Shown in pieces: positions 12,372 through 25,664 of a DNA stretch of 64,000 nt. A model generated the notes under the pieces. The model ran no database searches, was not told the DNA's origin, and saw only the letters and a program-made list of their open reading frames with translations. The position numbers were made by a program, and so were the translations under genes. The stretch is from Lytechinus pictus (lineage: Eukaryota): assembly GCF_037042905.1 (NCBI RefSeq), contig NC_087251.1:4590001-4654000 (forward strand), read 5' to 3'. The stretch's first letter is position 1. Every line of letters starts with the position of its first letter.

Positions 12372-15300
12372 GGTCGCAAAATTGTTTTATGTGAAAAAGC
12401 TGTACGAGTACGTAGAAGATGATAATAATGACTTTGACAAGTAGGATAGCTGTGAATCTCGTCATTCCTTCTTAAAGGAGAATGAAACCCTTGAAACCAG
12501 CTGAATCCATATCAAAGAGAAACATCTAAGAAACATATTGTTGAAAGTTTGAGGAAGATTGAATGAATAATAAGAAAGTTATGAGCATTTGAATATTGAG
12601 ATCACTAATGCCATGTAGATCCTCCCATTGGCAATGCGACCTAGATCTGTGATGTCACACACGTACAACTCCCTCATTACTTTAGTACTTATTTCACTTA
12701 TATTCTCACTTTTATAGAGTCTATCACAAGGTGAGGTGTTCTCTTTATGAGAGGACAAGTACAGAGGTTTCACAACATTATATCATTGATGAGTCGTTTG
12801 TCATATGATTAGAATGAGCAAAAAGAGATGTTTTGGGGTATATTTTCAGTGTCCAAATGGGGAGAGTTGTTCATCTGTGACATCATAGATCTTGGTCGCA
12901 TTGCCAATTGGAGGATCTCCATAGCATTAGTGATCTTGACATTCAAATGCTCATAACTCTTCTATTACTAGTCCTATTTTACTCAAAATTTTGTTGATCT
13001 TATTCTTTGATTTTTCTGCTTTCACAAAAGCTAACTTGCTCCAAGAGTTTCATTCTCCTTTAATAGAAAAGATACGGTAGTGGGTAATTCTTTTCTTGAG
13101 AGTTGAAACATAAATATTCCAAGGTTAAATGCATAAAGATCATGGATTTGTAGAACATTACATGAATAAAAGAGTGGCTTAGAATGAGCCCGGTAACTTG
13201 TATTATTAATAATTCTTATTAGTCTTTTTTGGATAAGTAAAATTTTCTTGATATGAAGTTTTAAACTGTTCCCCCAAGAAAGAATACCGTAATTTAAATA
13301 CAGCAAAATTAGAGTGGAGTATAAACATAACAAGACACGGGTGGGAAAAGATGACTTAAGTTTGCAGATGACACCAGTATTTCTGGATATAATTTTACTA
13401 ATGTGATTAATGTGGGCTTTCCAAGTTAATTTACTGTCGATATATACGCCAAGAAATTTTGTCGTGTCAACCTTTACAAGAGGTGTGTTGTTTAAAAATA
13501 CAGGTCCAGGTAAATTAGCGATCGTATTACTGAATAAGATATAATTTGATTTATTGATATTAAGAGACAATTTATTGGAATGTATCCAGTTAACAAAAAT
13601 TAGTTCATGATTTAGTGTATGTATTAAAGAGAGTTTGAGGATTTTTGTGAGAGATAAATATATTGGAGTCATCTGCAAACAGAAGGAATGAAAGAATATT
13701 AGAACAATTTTGAAAGTCATTAATGTAAATGAGAAATAATAAAGGGCCTATTAAAGACCCCTGTGGCACTCCGCATGTAATAAGTTTTTTATGAGATTCT
13801 TTATTGTTAATACATACAAACTGCTGACGGTTAGATAGATAACTTCTGAACCACTCCAAGGCCTTTCCACTTATTCCATAGTGTGATAATTTGAAAATAA
13901 GAAAGTCATGATTAATTGTATCGAAGGCCTTGGAGAAGTCCAGAAATAAACCAACAGTATGAGAAAAAGCGTCTATTGATGTAGCTATTTTATCTAAAAA
14001 CATTAATAATGCATGGGTAGTTGAATGTTTCTTTCTAAAACCAAATTGAACCTTCGATAAAATATTATATTTATTTAGAAAATTAACAGTGCGGGAGTAT
14101 ATTAATTTTTCGAGAATTTTGGAAAAAGAGCTTAAGAAATGGGACGATAATTTCCAATATCATGTTTATTACCTTTCTTATGTATCGGTATGACCTTTGA
14201 TATTTTCATTTTTTCTGGTACTACCCCAGTTATTAAAGATAAGTTGAATGAATAAGTTAGCGGTTGTACTATTTCATTTATAGTCTTCTTCAATAGAAAA
14301 TTCGTAATATTATCATAGCCAGAGCTTTTTTTAGTTTTCAAATCTTTAACAATGATCATAATTTCACGAGAAGTAATGGGAGTAAAAAAATATAGATTGA
14401 CCGTTAGGTTCTTTTAAAAACGATCGAAAATCAACATCGGAATTTGGAATGTCGCGGGCAAGATTTGGGCCAATATTTATGAAATAATCATTAAATGTTT
14501 CAGCAATCAACATTGGATTTCTATTTTTGGAGCTGTTCATCATAATTGTAGATGATTGTTTTTTTATTTAGAACATTGTTTATCACCTTCCACATACTTG
14601 AGACATCATATTTGTTTTCTTCAAATTGTCTAGAAAAATAATTCTTTTTAGCGGTCCGAAGTAAAGTAGTAAGGGTATTACGATATGAAGAGTATTGATG
14701 TTTACTTTGATCTGATTTAATTTTTTTGTGCTTATAAAAGAGACAATTTTTCCAATTAATACAACGAAGAAGAGACATAGTGATCCAGGGAGATCTCAGA
14801 GTTTTTTTGTAGTTCCAGGATGAAGACTTCAATGGAATGTTGGTATTATACAAATTAAGAAACCTGTTACAAAAATATTATATGCTTCATTAGGGTCGGA
14901 ATTAATGTACACCTGGGACCAGTCGGCTTGTGCTAAACATTCTCTAAATTTGTATGAATTGTCTTCAGAAAAGTTACGAGTCATAGACCTGGAGCAGTCT
15001 ATGATATGGTCGGGGGTTGGGGAAAAAGTAAATACCGGGTAGTGGTCAGACATATCACTGATAATAATTCCGGAACTTAAGCATTGATCAACATTTGTAA
15101 AAATGTTATCTATAAGGGTTGAAGATACATGTACATCAGATATTCGAATGGGTTTGTTAATTAAGGGTAAAAAAACGATTTCGAAAGCATTATATCATAA
15201 AATAATTGACATACATTACACGAGTTACATTTTAAGAGGTCTAAGTTAAAATCCCCATGATAAAGCATACTTTATTTTCTAGAGTTGGTGAAGATAAAAG

Positions 15301-15880
15301 ACCCTCAAGTAATTAAAAAAAATCAAGAGGATTTGCTTGAGGTGGTTTATAAATTTCCCCGATGACAATATTTTTCCCTCTTGGGACAATAATTTCAACA
15401 AAAACAGTTTCAGCAAGGTTTGACATTTGATTTAAATCCTCTAAAGACTTCGTTTGAAACTGGTTTAAGACGTACAATCCCACACCTCCACCGGTTTTGT
15501 TTTTTCGATTATTCCCAAAGTATGAATACCTATCTAAAAGATGTAATGGATAATTTCTATCAGTCAGCCAAATTTTGCATAACTCGATAACAGAGAAATG
15601 AAAAGATTATTTTTTAAGAAATGTCCAGATTTTTTGAGAGGCTTCTAATGTTAAACTGGAAGAAAGACATATCTTTTTTAAAGGCGGAAGATTCTTTAAC
15701 AAATTCATTTTCAGTCAGGTATTTAGATTCAGATATTGGTGATAAAAGGTCGTTAGGATCGATTGTTACGGAAAGAGATTGCATTTCACGATTTAGCTGT
15801 TCAGAAATACTTTCTTCAAAGTTATCTGCACCATCTCCGTGACTAAGAAGAAACTGGGGTTGTGAATTGTTAAACAAAGA
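12372..15880 (-). mobile_element. Decayed L2/CR1-group (Crack/Daphne-like) LINE, near-complete ORF2 with APE endonuclease and reverse transcriptase, frameshifted
   Basis: Fragments in order: FFQFNIRSLSKN and SDHYPVF (APE); KSSGYDNI, KVIPIHKKG...NYRPIS, FLDFSKAFDTINH, GVPQGSLIGPLLFLIYIND, LFADD (RT); KFLGVYIDSKLTWKAHI, YLNYGILSWG (C-terminal). Confidence 0.93.
12476..13059. mobile_element. Kolobok-like MITE inserted in the LINE ORF2
   Basis: ttaa|aggagaatgaaacccttg ... caagagtttcattctcct|ttaa; long imperfect inverted arms. Confidence 0.9.
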
Positions 15881-17104
15881 ACCAAAAACATTGATTTTCC
15901 TTCCCTGTACTGTAGTCCTAGTTTCTCTTGCAATTCATGAAATATTTTCATTATTGCAAGACTTTCAAAAATTGTCAAAAAATATCAGGAAATTTGTCAT
16001 TATCCTCCTCTGTCCATAGACACTCCTACGTACAATGCCGTAATGCCTTCTTGTGCTCTATAAAAGAAAGCTAATAATGATAGCATGGTCATGCACAATT
16101 CGCGTTCGCCATTTTGGATTCGGCGATGAATTAATACGTGTGGGGTACTGCGAACTGGCTTCAAATCACTGATTTTGAGACGTTGACAAGAAAGGGAAAG
16201 GAGTGAGTCTGTGGCGGAGTCTGAGTCTTTATACTAAAAATTGATGGAACTTTTCTTGTTAACTTTTTTGAAATAGCTGTTTAAAATTGATTGTCTGGAC
16301 ACACAACAACTGGGTATACTCCATACTGACAACCTCTTCTAGAATCCATGAAACCACTTGGCTTAGAGATTAACACTGTATATGTATTCCTTTCATTGTT
16401 AATACAATGATGGAAATTCCATCACTGTAACAATGCATCCCTTTAGTTTTCAAATGTTAGAGATTCTATTGTTATTTTACAATTTATTTCTAAATTCAAT
16501 ACACAGTATTGCATACTTCATAAATGTAAAGTTAGTAATCCTGAAATGAAATAAAAAATGATATAGGATTTTTAATTCTGATTGATTATTACTGTAATTG
16601 CATCCATCAATCCTAGCCAAATACATGTACGTATACATTGGAAATTATCTATTTATTTTTCTCTGAAACTTGTCTGTAATGACTATCCAATTAACAAAAA
16701 TGTGGCCTTTATAGGTAGATGGATTTTTAGGCGTACACATGACTTAATGAGAATCAGTCACAATTGTTGCGTAGCTGCTACAGAGAGGTAAACACTAGCA
16801 CTGATTGACGACTTGTTGACAGTTCAGTTCATGAGGGTCTGTCATACAGTACATATACAGTACCGAAGGTGATGTATGGAAGCTTACCATCTGCCTTTGT
16901 GACAAATGATAATGACCCAATTTATATTGACTTGTAATTTTGACTTTCCAGTCATTTAAACAAATCATATTTATCTCATAAATGCATTTTATTATTGTAC
17001 AGAAAAGCCTAGCAGTGATGCACTTGTAGTACTTATTAGATGTTGCAATATCAACTGAATCGCGTGTGCTTCTTGTCAGAGAGAGAGAGAGAGAGTAAAG
17101 AAAC

Positions 17105-17156
17105 ATGGGAAGGCTAAAGGAGGCTGGACAGCAGATAACGGCAGGAGGCTCGGCAG
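17105..17156 (+). CDS. SLC25A21: SLC25A21 coding exon 1 (MGRLKEAGQQITAGGSA-G)
   Basis: aacATGg start; donor CAG|gtttgt; phase 1 fits exon 2. Confidence 0.88.
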
Positions 17157-20100
17157 GTTTGTCATCAATTATCCTTTTTTATTATATAAATTGGGGAGGC
17201 GTATATAGTCCTACATGTACATGTACATTCCCTCCAATTTCCCTTTCTTTGGTTCTTCCCCCTTGTGTGAGAGCACCTTGTATTTCACATTTTGTAGGAA
17301 AATAACTTTGTTTAATTGACAAGATATTATATCCTGTCAAAGTCCTGTGTCTCTCCCTAAAAACAAGAAGCCACAGTATGTTGCCATATCTGAGGAGAAG
17401 CTATTGTCCTGTACAGCATTATTTTTTCAGCTGGCGATTTCACTCTTTTAAACACTACTTTTTTTTAGATACATGGCTTTATGTAGTTGCCATGTTATGC
17501 TTTATTAGCTATTTGTTATCAGTATGCATAGCCAGTCTATCCTTTACTATATTCATGCCTCCCTATAATTTATTCTATGATGCAAATTATTTATAGTGAA
17601 TTGTGATTACATTATTGATTGTACATTCAGAATTATGAATGGCATGGAGCATATATAGAAATATATTGTCTACATGTATGTACTGTTAATTATAGTGAAC
17701 TATCAAAGATCATATAGTATGCTGTTATTCCCCTTGACATATATTGATCTTCCTTCAAGCATAGTGTGATCCCCCCTTTGCTCTACCTACAGGTCTTGTT
17801 GAAGTCAGTATCATGCATCCACTTGATGTGATCAAAACAAGGTATTTAACCTTTTCATATCTTTTCAATCTGCCCTTGACTCATAGGAAGATCCTGTTGG
17901 AATGAATACTGTCCTTGTACTTCCGTTAATACTCATTCAGATATGGTGTGAAGAGGCTAATTATTTACCATAGTATTCAGATAAAGTGAGATAAATTACC
18001 TCATTTGTTGAATGATGATTAACGTTCATAATGCCTTGCAACTTGTATTAAAAAAAACACATAAAGAGATGTGTGATGTTCTGAATTACTAAAAACAGTA
18101 TTTAGTAATTTAGAAAATCAATACAATACGCATGGCAGAATAATGATATTTGCGCATACACATTATTGTTCATTGCACCAAAAAAAGTACCCCTTGAGAT
18201 AAAAGAAATAGCCCCCAAAATTCAGCAATCGCCCCAATATGAAAAAATAAAAATAGCCCCTGAAAATGAAAATATGATTTCCCACCCTGTTTGAATTCTA
18301 TTAAACATTTTAATGATTCAATCTTTATTGGTTTCTTTTCTATATGAATTTATTTTATTGTAGCACTCCATCCCCCTGCCCCAGGGTATTGAAAAGAAGA
18401 AAAAAATTCAAATTTTACTAAATGTCACGTTACTATTACTAAATTGTAATAACGTTGGTTTACACACCCTGGTTTCCTGTTGGCATGTGACCAGAAAAAA
18501 AAAATTATTGTCTCTGTGCATCTTCAACTTTTCCTATGGACTTTATACACAATTTGAGCTTTGGTATACCATGTCTATACAATGCTTAGGTTTTAGAAAA
18601 AAAAAATTGTTTTTTTTCATATTTTAAAATCTAGTGTCCCATCCTTAGAGTAAATGTTGATCAGGAATTAATCAATTTGTTTTATCATTCGCACTTGTTT
18701 TGTTTTTTTGTCTGCCAATGATAATAATAATTATAATGATAACAATAATAATAATGATAATTATGATATATATGCCATGTCTATTGTATACTTTCAGAGT
18801 TTATAATTATTTGGTTGTTTTTAGTTGAAGGTTCCTTGATCTGTTTGTATTTCATTCATTCATCCCGCAGGTTTCAGATTCAAGGTGCACCTAACAGCAC
18901 AATGAAGTACAATGGAATGTGGGATTGTGTTAAACAGATGACCAGGACAGAAGGGTTAGCATTCAATCTTTCATCTATTTCTATTAACCCGTTGACAAAT
19001 TGACCGTGTTATACAAAGTCTATGGGAATAACAGAATACAATTTTCAATGGGTTAAGATATCTTCATGCCTAATTGTATGGTTTAACCAATTAAACAAAG
19101 ATTCAATTTGAAGTAACCAGCAGTTCTTCTGATAAAAAAATGTAAAAAGGACCTGTTTTCATAATGTATGTACAGTATATTTTTAAAACCTGTTATTATT
19201 CAAATGAAGGAAAAATATAAACCATATGGACATTACAGACATGCCAACCGTTGCCTGTTTAGAGTATTTGTTCCTCAATACTTTTTTGTATGATTTGTTA
19301 CTTTTTTAAATTTCCGATCATGGAGTATGTATTATGCACAGCGTGTGACAGTCCCAGACCGGTAAAAATCACTGTCGGGCCAGTAACTTGTTGCATGAAA
19401 AAAACAAGTAAATACTTGCCTACGAGCACATGTTTAAAAGGGTGAATTATCAAGTTTTCAAGTAGAGTAATTTCACTTGCTTTTTTCACTGATCTCACTA
19501 CAACAGACTGGCGATTGTTACGTTGAGAAAAAATAAAAATAAAACACTCTTTCTTTGTCAAAAAAAAATCATTTTTTTTCCTTCTAAGAAATAACTTTTT
19601 TTGTTGTAGAAGGTTTGCAGGTCTGACGTTATGATATTGTGTGTTATATCAGTTGAATTGCTTGATGGCTTAAAAAGGGCAAGATTGTGATTTTTCTAAT
19701 GTCTTTGTGATGAATTTATAAGAAATCTTAACATGATTCTGGCCACGTTTTAGATTTAAATGGGGATCACCCCTATCTACTGTCCTTGTAACATTAAACA
19801 GCAATTTTAGTCACTAGTTAAAAGGAACTGATAGGATGTTCTTAATCTATTTTCAGAACCCTGTCCCTGTACAAAGGTATATTACCTCCCATTATGGCAG
19901 AGACTCCTAAAAGGGCCACTAAGTTCTTCACTTTTGAACAGTATAAAAAGATATTCCTCTTTGGAAGTTCCTCACCAACTGCGCTGGTAAGTGTATTGAG
20001 ATTGCAGTGGTCTGTAACACAAAACTAGCAATTGATTGTACAGTTAATGTGTATGCTTGAATAGCACATAATCAATTTTATTAAAATGGTAGAAAATCAT

Positions 20101-23100
20101 CCCTATGGCCATGTGCTAAGCTTTGTGCTACAGAACACGGGAGCTGTTTCAGGAATTTGTTTGAATATTGCCATAAACTAAAGTATATAGAATGCTTACT
20201 GCTCATTACATTGTGCAGAATGTGTGATTATTTATAGAATATGGAGAATATTGTTATCTCCTTCCTTTTTGAAGGAATGACAATAATCATGTCTTCTAAC
20301 TTGAGATAAAAAGTCATGTTAGTCACATGTGAAGTAATTAAGTATAAATTGTAATTTTCCAGTATTTGTTCAGTGAATATTAGTTTCATCCATTAGAAGC
20401 AAAATGTAAAATAAAGACAATTATAGATACATTTATAATTAGAGTACTAATGGAAGTCATCCTAGTCAAAACCTTTGTCTTTTCAACCACCTTCTACACC
20501 CTATTTATTCTGTGAGGTTATATGTTCTTTTTCTTGGGCCATTTGCTTCTTGTGTTTGTGTTTGTATTGTGGGGGATTGGGTGGGTTAATGACAATGAGA
20601 GTGATCCAGTTTATACACATTGTTTATAGATTCACAAAAATGTGATAATTATATATGATATTTTGTTTGCAGACATTCACTCTTGCAGGGCTTTGCTCAG
20701 GGTTGACTGAGGGAGTACTAATCAATCCATTTGAAGTGGTGAAAGTAAGGTTACAGGCTGATCAAAATACATTCAAAAAGGTAAGTTGATCTTTCTCCTG
20801 GTAGTAATAGGTATTAAGCCCAGATAGAGTTAAGTTATGTGCAGAGATGAGGAGAAAAGATGAGGAACTATTCAAATCCAGTATGTTCTTTAATTCAATG
20901 CAGTTTGAAAACAGGGCAAAAATACAACTGCATAGATTTAGTTTGTATTGAATAAGTTTCTTTTCAGCAAACAAAATATTTTTCATCAGAATGAGGACTC
21001 CCGCTTATATAAAAATGGAAGTCATACCCTGTGAAATATGTTATAGCGATGTTTAGTTTATTTGCTTACCATAATTTCTAGTTGTTTTTTCTTCTCAAAT
21101 ATTGAAATAGCACAGAGTGAATGCTTATGTTGCTCTCTCATATTTTGTATGTACATCAATAATTTCTCATTTATCTTGTTGTTCTCTTTCATCCAATTTA
21201 AGATGGGTGTGACAACTCTGTGATTTGTTAAATCAAAGGTTTTCAGGGAACATTGCAAGTACCATGCAATCCATTACCAGTCAATTTTAAGTCATTATAT
21301 GATCAATCTCAAGTCTTTAAATGGCAAATTTACAATTGTTTGCTGACCTGCTTCTTCCAGCAAAACTCACTGATGTGCTATACATGTATTTGATATTTGC
21401 AATTGATCGCAACACAATAACTGTTACTATTTCTCCAGCAACCGAGTGCATTTGGAATGGCAAGACATGTGATAAGAACAGATGGATTTGGTTCCGATGG
21501 TCTCTTTAGAGGACTCACAGCTACATTGGGTAGACATGGTGTCTTTAATATGATCTATTTTAGTTTCTATCACAATATCAAGGATTTAATACCATCCTCA
21601 CAGGTAATTTGATTTTTTTTTTCTTAAACCATTTGCAGTTATAAGGAGAATAGGTACTTGTTATCAGTATTATGTATATTTGACCCATCTATGTAGCCCT
21701 GCCCTATTTAGATAATGTTGTATAAGTTTATCTTCTTTTGATACTTGTAGCTTCACTACATATAATCACTACCGACTAGTATGGTCAATCTGAAATCCCA
21801 GTGATTGTTGAGGTTTCCATTTTTTTCACAACCTTTAAAAATTCACAAACTATTGTATTGTATGACTGAATTTTTCAAGCTTTCACCTACCTATCTGTAT
21901 TTCTTATTTGTCCCTTTTCTGTTAAAACAGCTTTTCATATGGCTTGGATTCAACTTTAAAATTCTAGCTGTGTCAATCAATATAGTTATTGAATCCTATT
22001 TGTTTATCCACATTGTTTCCTTGTAGGATCCACGACTAGAGTTTGGGCGTAAGTTTGTAATTGGTTTGATGGCTGGTTGCCTAGGATCTACAATCAATAT
22101 TCCATTTGATGTTGCTAAGAGTAGAATACAAGGGCCACAGCCTGTTCCAGGTGAAGTCAAGTATAAAGGATGCTTTAGGACTATAGCTATGGTGTATCGA
22201 GAAGAAGGGTAAGACAATATAACAAAGTCAGTTAGATTAGCAAACTTTACAGTTCTGTTTATCTCTCTCTTTCTCTATTTCCTACCAAGATTCATTATAA
22301 TTCTATTTCAATTCTATTTGTCATATAAAAAAATAATAAAATACATTAAAGCGCAATTCCATATTCCATGAAAATGCAATTCTGTATTCATACAATATTA
22401 AAGTTGCACAGCACAACATTTTCTGTATAACATAAACCAATGATAGAACTAAATTTGGCGTAACTGTTCAAAAAAATATGGGGTGTTTTTTTATTCATGA
22501 CATCTTCCCTAATGTAATATGATTTCTTTACATAGTTGTCAACAAACATACTAAGACATTGGTAAAAAGCATAATAACATTTAAAGGAGGGGAAGAAAAA
22601 AGAAAGGAAGAGGAGGTTGTAACAGGTTTACACCTAGTCATGATTCGAGTCATTATTGAAACAGTGGTCTTAATTGTAGAACAATTGTAGTCATCGTCTC
22701 AGATCAGTCATGGAAATCATAGATTGTAGAAAATTATTGAAAGGTTCAATTTTTTTTGCCATCAGCTACGAAAAGTCAATCCTGTCCTTCGTAATAGATC
22801 ACACGACAGTGGGATTGAGGTGTTACAGGTACTGTACATAGTGGGAGTCACATCAATTAATTTTCATGTTCTGAGGACTTTAGATAAAGTATATTCAACC
22901 GACCACCAAAAAAAGGCACACAAATTTCCCAATAACATTGCTCCTGGCAACTTCTTCCACCTTCACCTTTCTATATAATTCACACATCAACTTTACCTCA
23001 GATGTCACAGTGCCAGACATATAACAAACATATGTGTATTCTTCACTTATGGAGTTTTTTTTTTATTTTTATTTGTATTGTATAGATTCTTTGCTCTCTA

Positions 23101-23200
23101 TCGTGGCCTTCTACCAAAGATAATGAGACTTGGACCAGGAGGAGCTATCATGTTACTAGTATATGATCATGTTTACACTTGGCTCAAGCAAAACACATAA
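17105..23200 (+). CDS. SLC25A21: Mitochondrial 2-oxodicarboxylate (2-oxoadipate/2-oxoglutarate) carrier, 8 coding exons, 294 aa
   Basis: Manual splicing with all GT-AG introns and consistent phases (52+49+84+130+108+165+182+115=885 nt) gives MGRLKEAGQQITAGGSAGLVEVSIMHPLDVIKTRFQIQ...LYKGILPPIMAETPKRATKFFTFEQYK...GRHGVFNMIYF...LPKIMRLGPGGAIMLLVYDHVYTWLKQNT*. It has three carrier signatures (PLDVIKTR, PFEVVKVR, PFDVAKSR) and ODC-specific motifs ETPKRA, GRHG and RLGPGGA. Confidence 0.96.
17793..17841 (+). CDS. SLC25A21: SLC25A21 coding exon 2 (GLVEVSIMHPLDVIKTR)
   Basis: Acceptor ctctacctacag; donor AAG|gtattt; first PxDxxKxR motif. Confidence 0.95.
18871..18954 (+). CDS. SLC25A21: SLC25A21 coding exon 3 (FQIQGAPNSTMKYNGMWDCVKQMTRTEG)
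   Basis: Acceptor catcccgcag; donor AGG|gttagc; YxGxxDC...EG carrier motif. Confidence 0.95.
19857..19986 (+). CDS. SLC25A21: SLC25A21 coding exon 4 (TLSLYKGILPPIMAETPKRATKFFTFEQYKKIFLFGSSSPTAL)
   Basis: Acceptor tattttcag; donor CTG|gtaagt. Confidence 0.95.
20673..20780 (+). CDS. SLC25A21: SLC25A21 coding exon 5 (TFTLAGLCSGLTEGVLINPFEVVKVRLQADQNTFKK)
   Basis: Acceptor ttttgtttgcag; donor AAG|gtaagt; second signature motif. Confidence 0.95.
21439..21603 (+). CDS. SLC25A21: SLC25A21 coding exon 6 (QPSAFGMARHVIRTDGFGSDGLFRGLTATLGRHGVFNMIYFSFYHNIKDLIPSSQ)
   Basis: Acceptor tttctccag; donor CAG|gtaatt. Confidence 0.95.
22027..22208 (+). CDS. SLC25A21: SLC25A21 coding exon 7 (DPRLEFGRKFVIGLMAGCLGSTINIPFDVAKSRIQGPQPVPGEVKYKGCFRTIAMVYREEG)
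   Basis: Acceptor tttccttgtag; donor AGG|gtaaga; third signature motif. Confidence 0.95.
23086..23200 (+). CDS. SLC25A21: SLC25A21 coding exon 8 (FFALYRGLLPKIMRLGPGGAIMLLVYDHVYTWLKQNT*)
   Basis: Acceptor ttgtattgtatag after a T-rich tract; TAA stop at 23198-23200. Confidence 0.95.
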
Positions 23201-24506
23201 CATGCACTTCAGTAAAGGGTTTGTTCACTCACAAGTTTATGGCTTCCAGTAGTTGGCTTGATTTATTGTAAATTTTGTTGCCGTGGTAAAATAGTTTTTT
23301 GTCGATTTACATGTCTGCAAACGCCTACCTCATCAAGTCTTGCAGACATGGTTTGTTGCACTGAGTGAATACATACATGTACGTATACAGGTACATAGCA
23401 AAGATTACTGCCAACCTTCAATACAGTTGTTATGTGGTGAAACCCTCTCATGAAAACCACAAAAGCCTGTGAAAGTTGACCTTGATGTCAGCAGAAGCAG
23501 CCATCATTGGTCAACAAGCAATCTAACCATGTTGAGGTGTGGTAAAAGTTTATATCTGGCCAGGGTTAGGTCAATTAAACATGTATACATGTACATTCCT
23601 TTTCCATTTGATGAGTACTTTAAGTACTGGTAAATAATTGGTGACTCCATGTACTAATTACATTCATCTGATTTTTTTTTAAAACTATTTGCTCGATTTT
23701 CATGGACTGCAACCCTTTTAGTGCTTTGTGATGACATAGAGCGCATAACATGAACTATAAATAACTTTTAAGTTATTCCTCTCCAAAGAAATTTCCAGAA
23801 GAGCCCTTTTGTAACCTCTATGGTAGTCTATTCCTGGAATAACACAATCAAATTCTCAAGATTAATATTAGATTAACAGAAGATCAAGTGAATAGTACAT
23901 TACCTTTGGATGTTTTGGATTTGGTCTGGTTGGATGACTTGATTGTATGCATCTTATGTTTATATATTAGATACAAATCTGATATCAATTGATGATTAAT
24001 TGGCTATGCCATTTATTGAGGTGTACTAAAAAGAGATCTTAACCTTGTGGGTATGGAGTCGATACAGTTCCTTGCAGATAAACGTTGTTTAAAACACATC
24101 TTTAGTATTGTGAGTTGCATGTGAAGAAACCAGTACCCGTTATTGTACTCGTCACCCTGTTTGTCAGAGATGTGAGAGTTCAGCTAAAACTGATTTAAGA
24201 TTTCTTATCTTTGTTTTTAATTTTTCATTTTTTTAAAGATTTTTTCTCAAAAAATGGTAGCTTTCTCTTTGTCATAAAAATTGAATAGTGAGATGAAACT
24301 TAGTAAGTGTGGGCTCAAATTTTTGTAGTCTAGCCTTGGGAGAATACCACCCTATTTTTCATATTTGATTTGTAGACTAGTAGTACTTTACTACCACTGA
24401 AAGGAACGATTTATAGTCTTGTACACTGCCAATGATTGTCCCTTGTAATTTGTGCTAGGTCTACTGATTATTTAAGAATTCAATATCAGATATGAATGAA
24501 GATTAA

Positions 24507-25089
24507 AGGGATGGTCCGGGCTGAAAATATTTATATCTTAATACATAGAGTAGAATTCACTGACCAAAATGCCGAAAATTTCATCAAAATTGGATAACAA
24601 ATAATAAAGTTATTGAAGTTTAAAATTTAGCAATATTTTGTGAAAACAGTCGTCATGAATATTCATTAGGTGGGCTGATGATGTCACATCTCCACTTTCC
24701 GGTTTCTTATGTTATTACATAAAATCATTTTTTTTTTCGTTATTTCATACTTGTGCCAATATTATGTCTCCCTTATAATGAAATAAGTTGCAGCAATAAA
24801 TATCTAATGCACTAAATCAGTTGTCAATCCAATTTTTCTAGTTCTTGGTGGAACAAAATTGAATAAACCTAATTTCATATAATAAAATACAAAAGAACAA
24901 GTGGAGATGTGACATCATCAGCCCAACTAATGAATATTCATGACTACTGTTTTCACAAAATATTGCTTAACTTTAAAATTCAATTACTTTGTTATTTGTT
25001 ATCCGATTTTGATGAAATTTTCGGCATTTTGCTCAGTGAATTCTATTATATTTATTAAGCTATAAATACTTTCAGCCCGGACCATCCCT
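24507..25089. mobile_element. Kolobok-like palindromic MITE downstream of the SLC25A21 stop
   Basis: ttaa|agggatggtccgggctgaaa ... tttcagcccggaccatccct|ttaa; ~190-bp near-perfect inverted arms. Confidence 0.92.
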
Positions 25090-25664
25090 TTAATTGATGG
25101 GCTACATATTTATTGTTTCATTTATGTAAATTTTAAATGATTTTCCTATGATTCGAATCGAATGAATTCCATGTAAAGATCAAAACAAATCATTTGAGAT
25201 CACTCAAATTTATTGTGACACTTGATTTTGTCATGATCTTGATGAATTATCTTACCAAGTAGATTGTGGAAGTGATTTGATTTGCTTTGTTTTGTTTTGA
25301 GAAGATGAAAATGCAATAAATCTACTGATGACTCAGGTCTGGTCATAAAATGTCATGATTAGATTTGAACATAATAAACTGTAAAAAAAAGCTCAGGCTC
25401 TTTTGATTTATCGGTAGGACTCTATTTGATTTTGTTATTTTGATAAGTTAACAGATCATTTGAATAACCCTTACCTCGGGACTTGTAAAGTGGATTGTCA
25501 ACCACTAGAAACATAACGTTATAAGATGAATTTATTTTTGTGGTTTGAGTTTCTTTTAGTCCTCTGATTTTCTTAAATTGTATTTGTGTGTTCACTTGGG
25601 TATATTTGTAAGTAAATGAATGAAATGTTTTTATTTTTTAGATTTTTTTAAACAAGTTTCTTCA

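Noticed and set aside
13031..15978. RT/endonuclease ORFs as a functional or domesticated gene
   Set aside because: Multiple frameshifts and stops plus a MITE insertion indicate a dead LINE copy.
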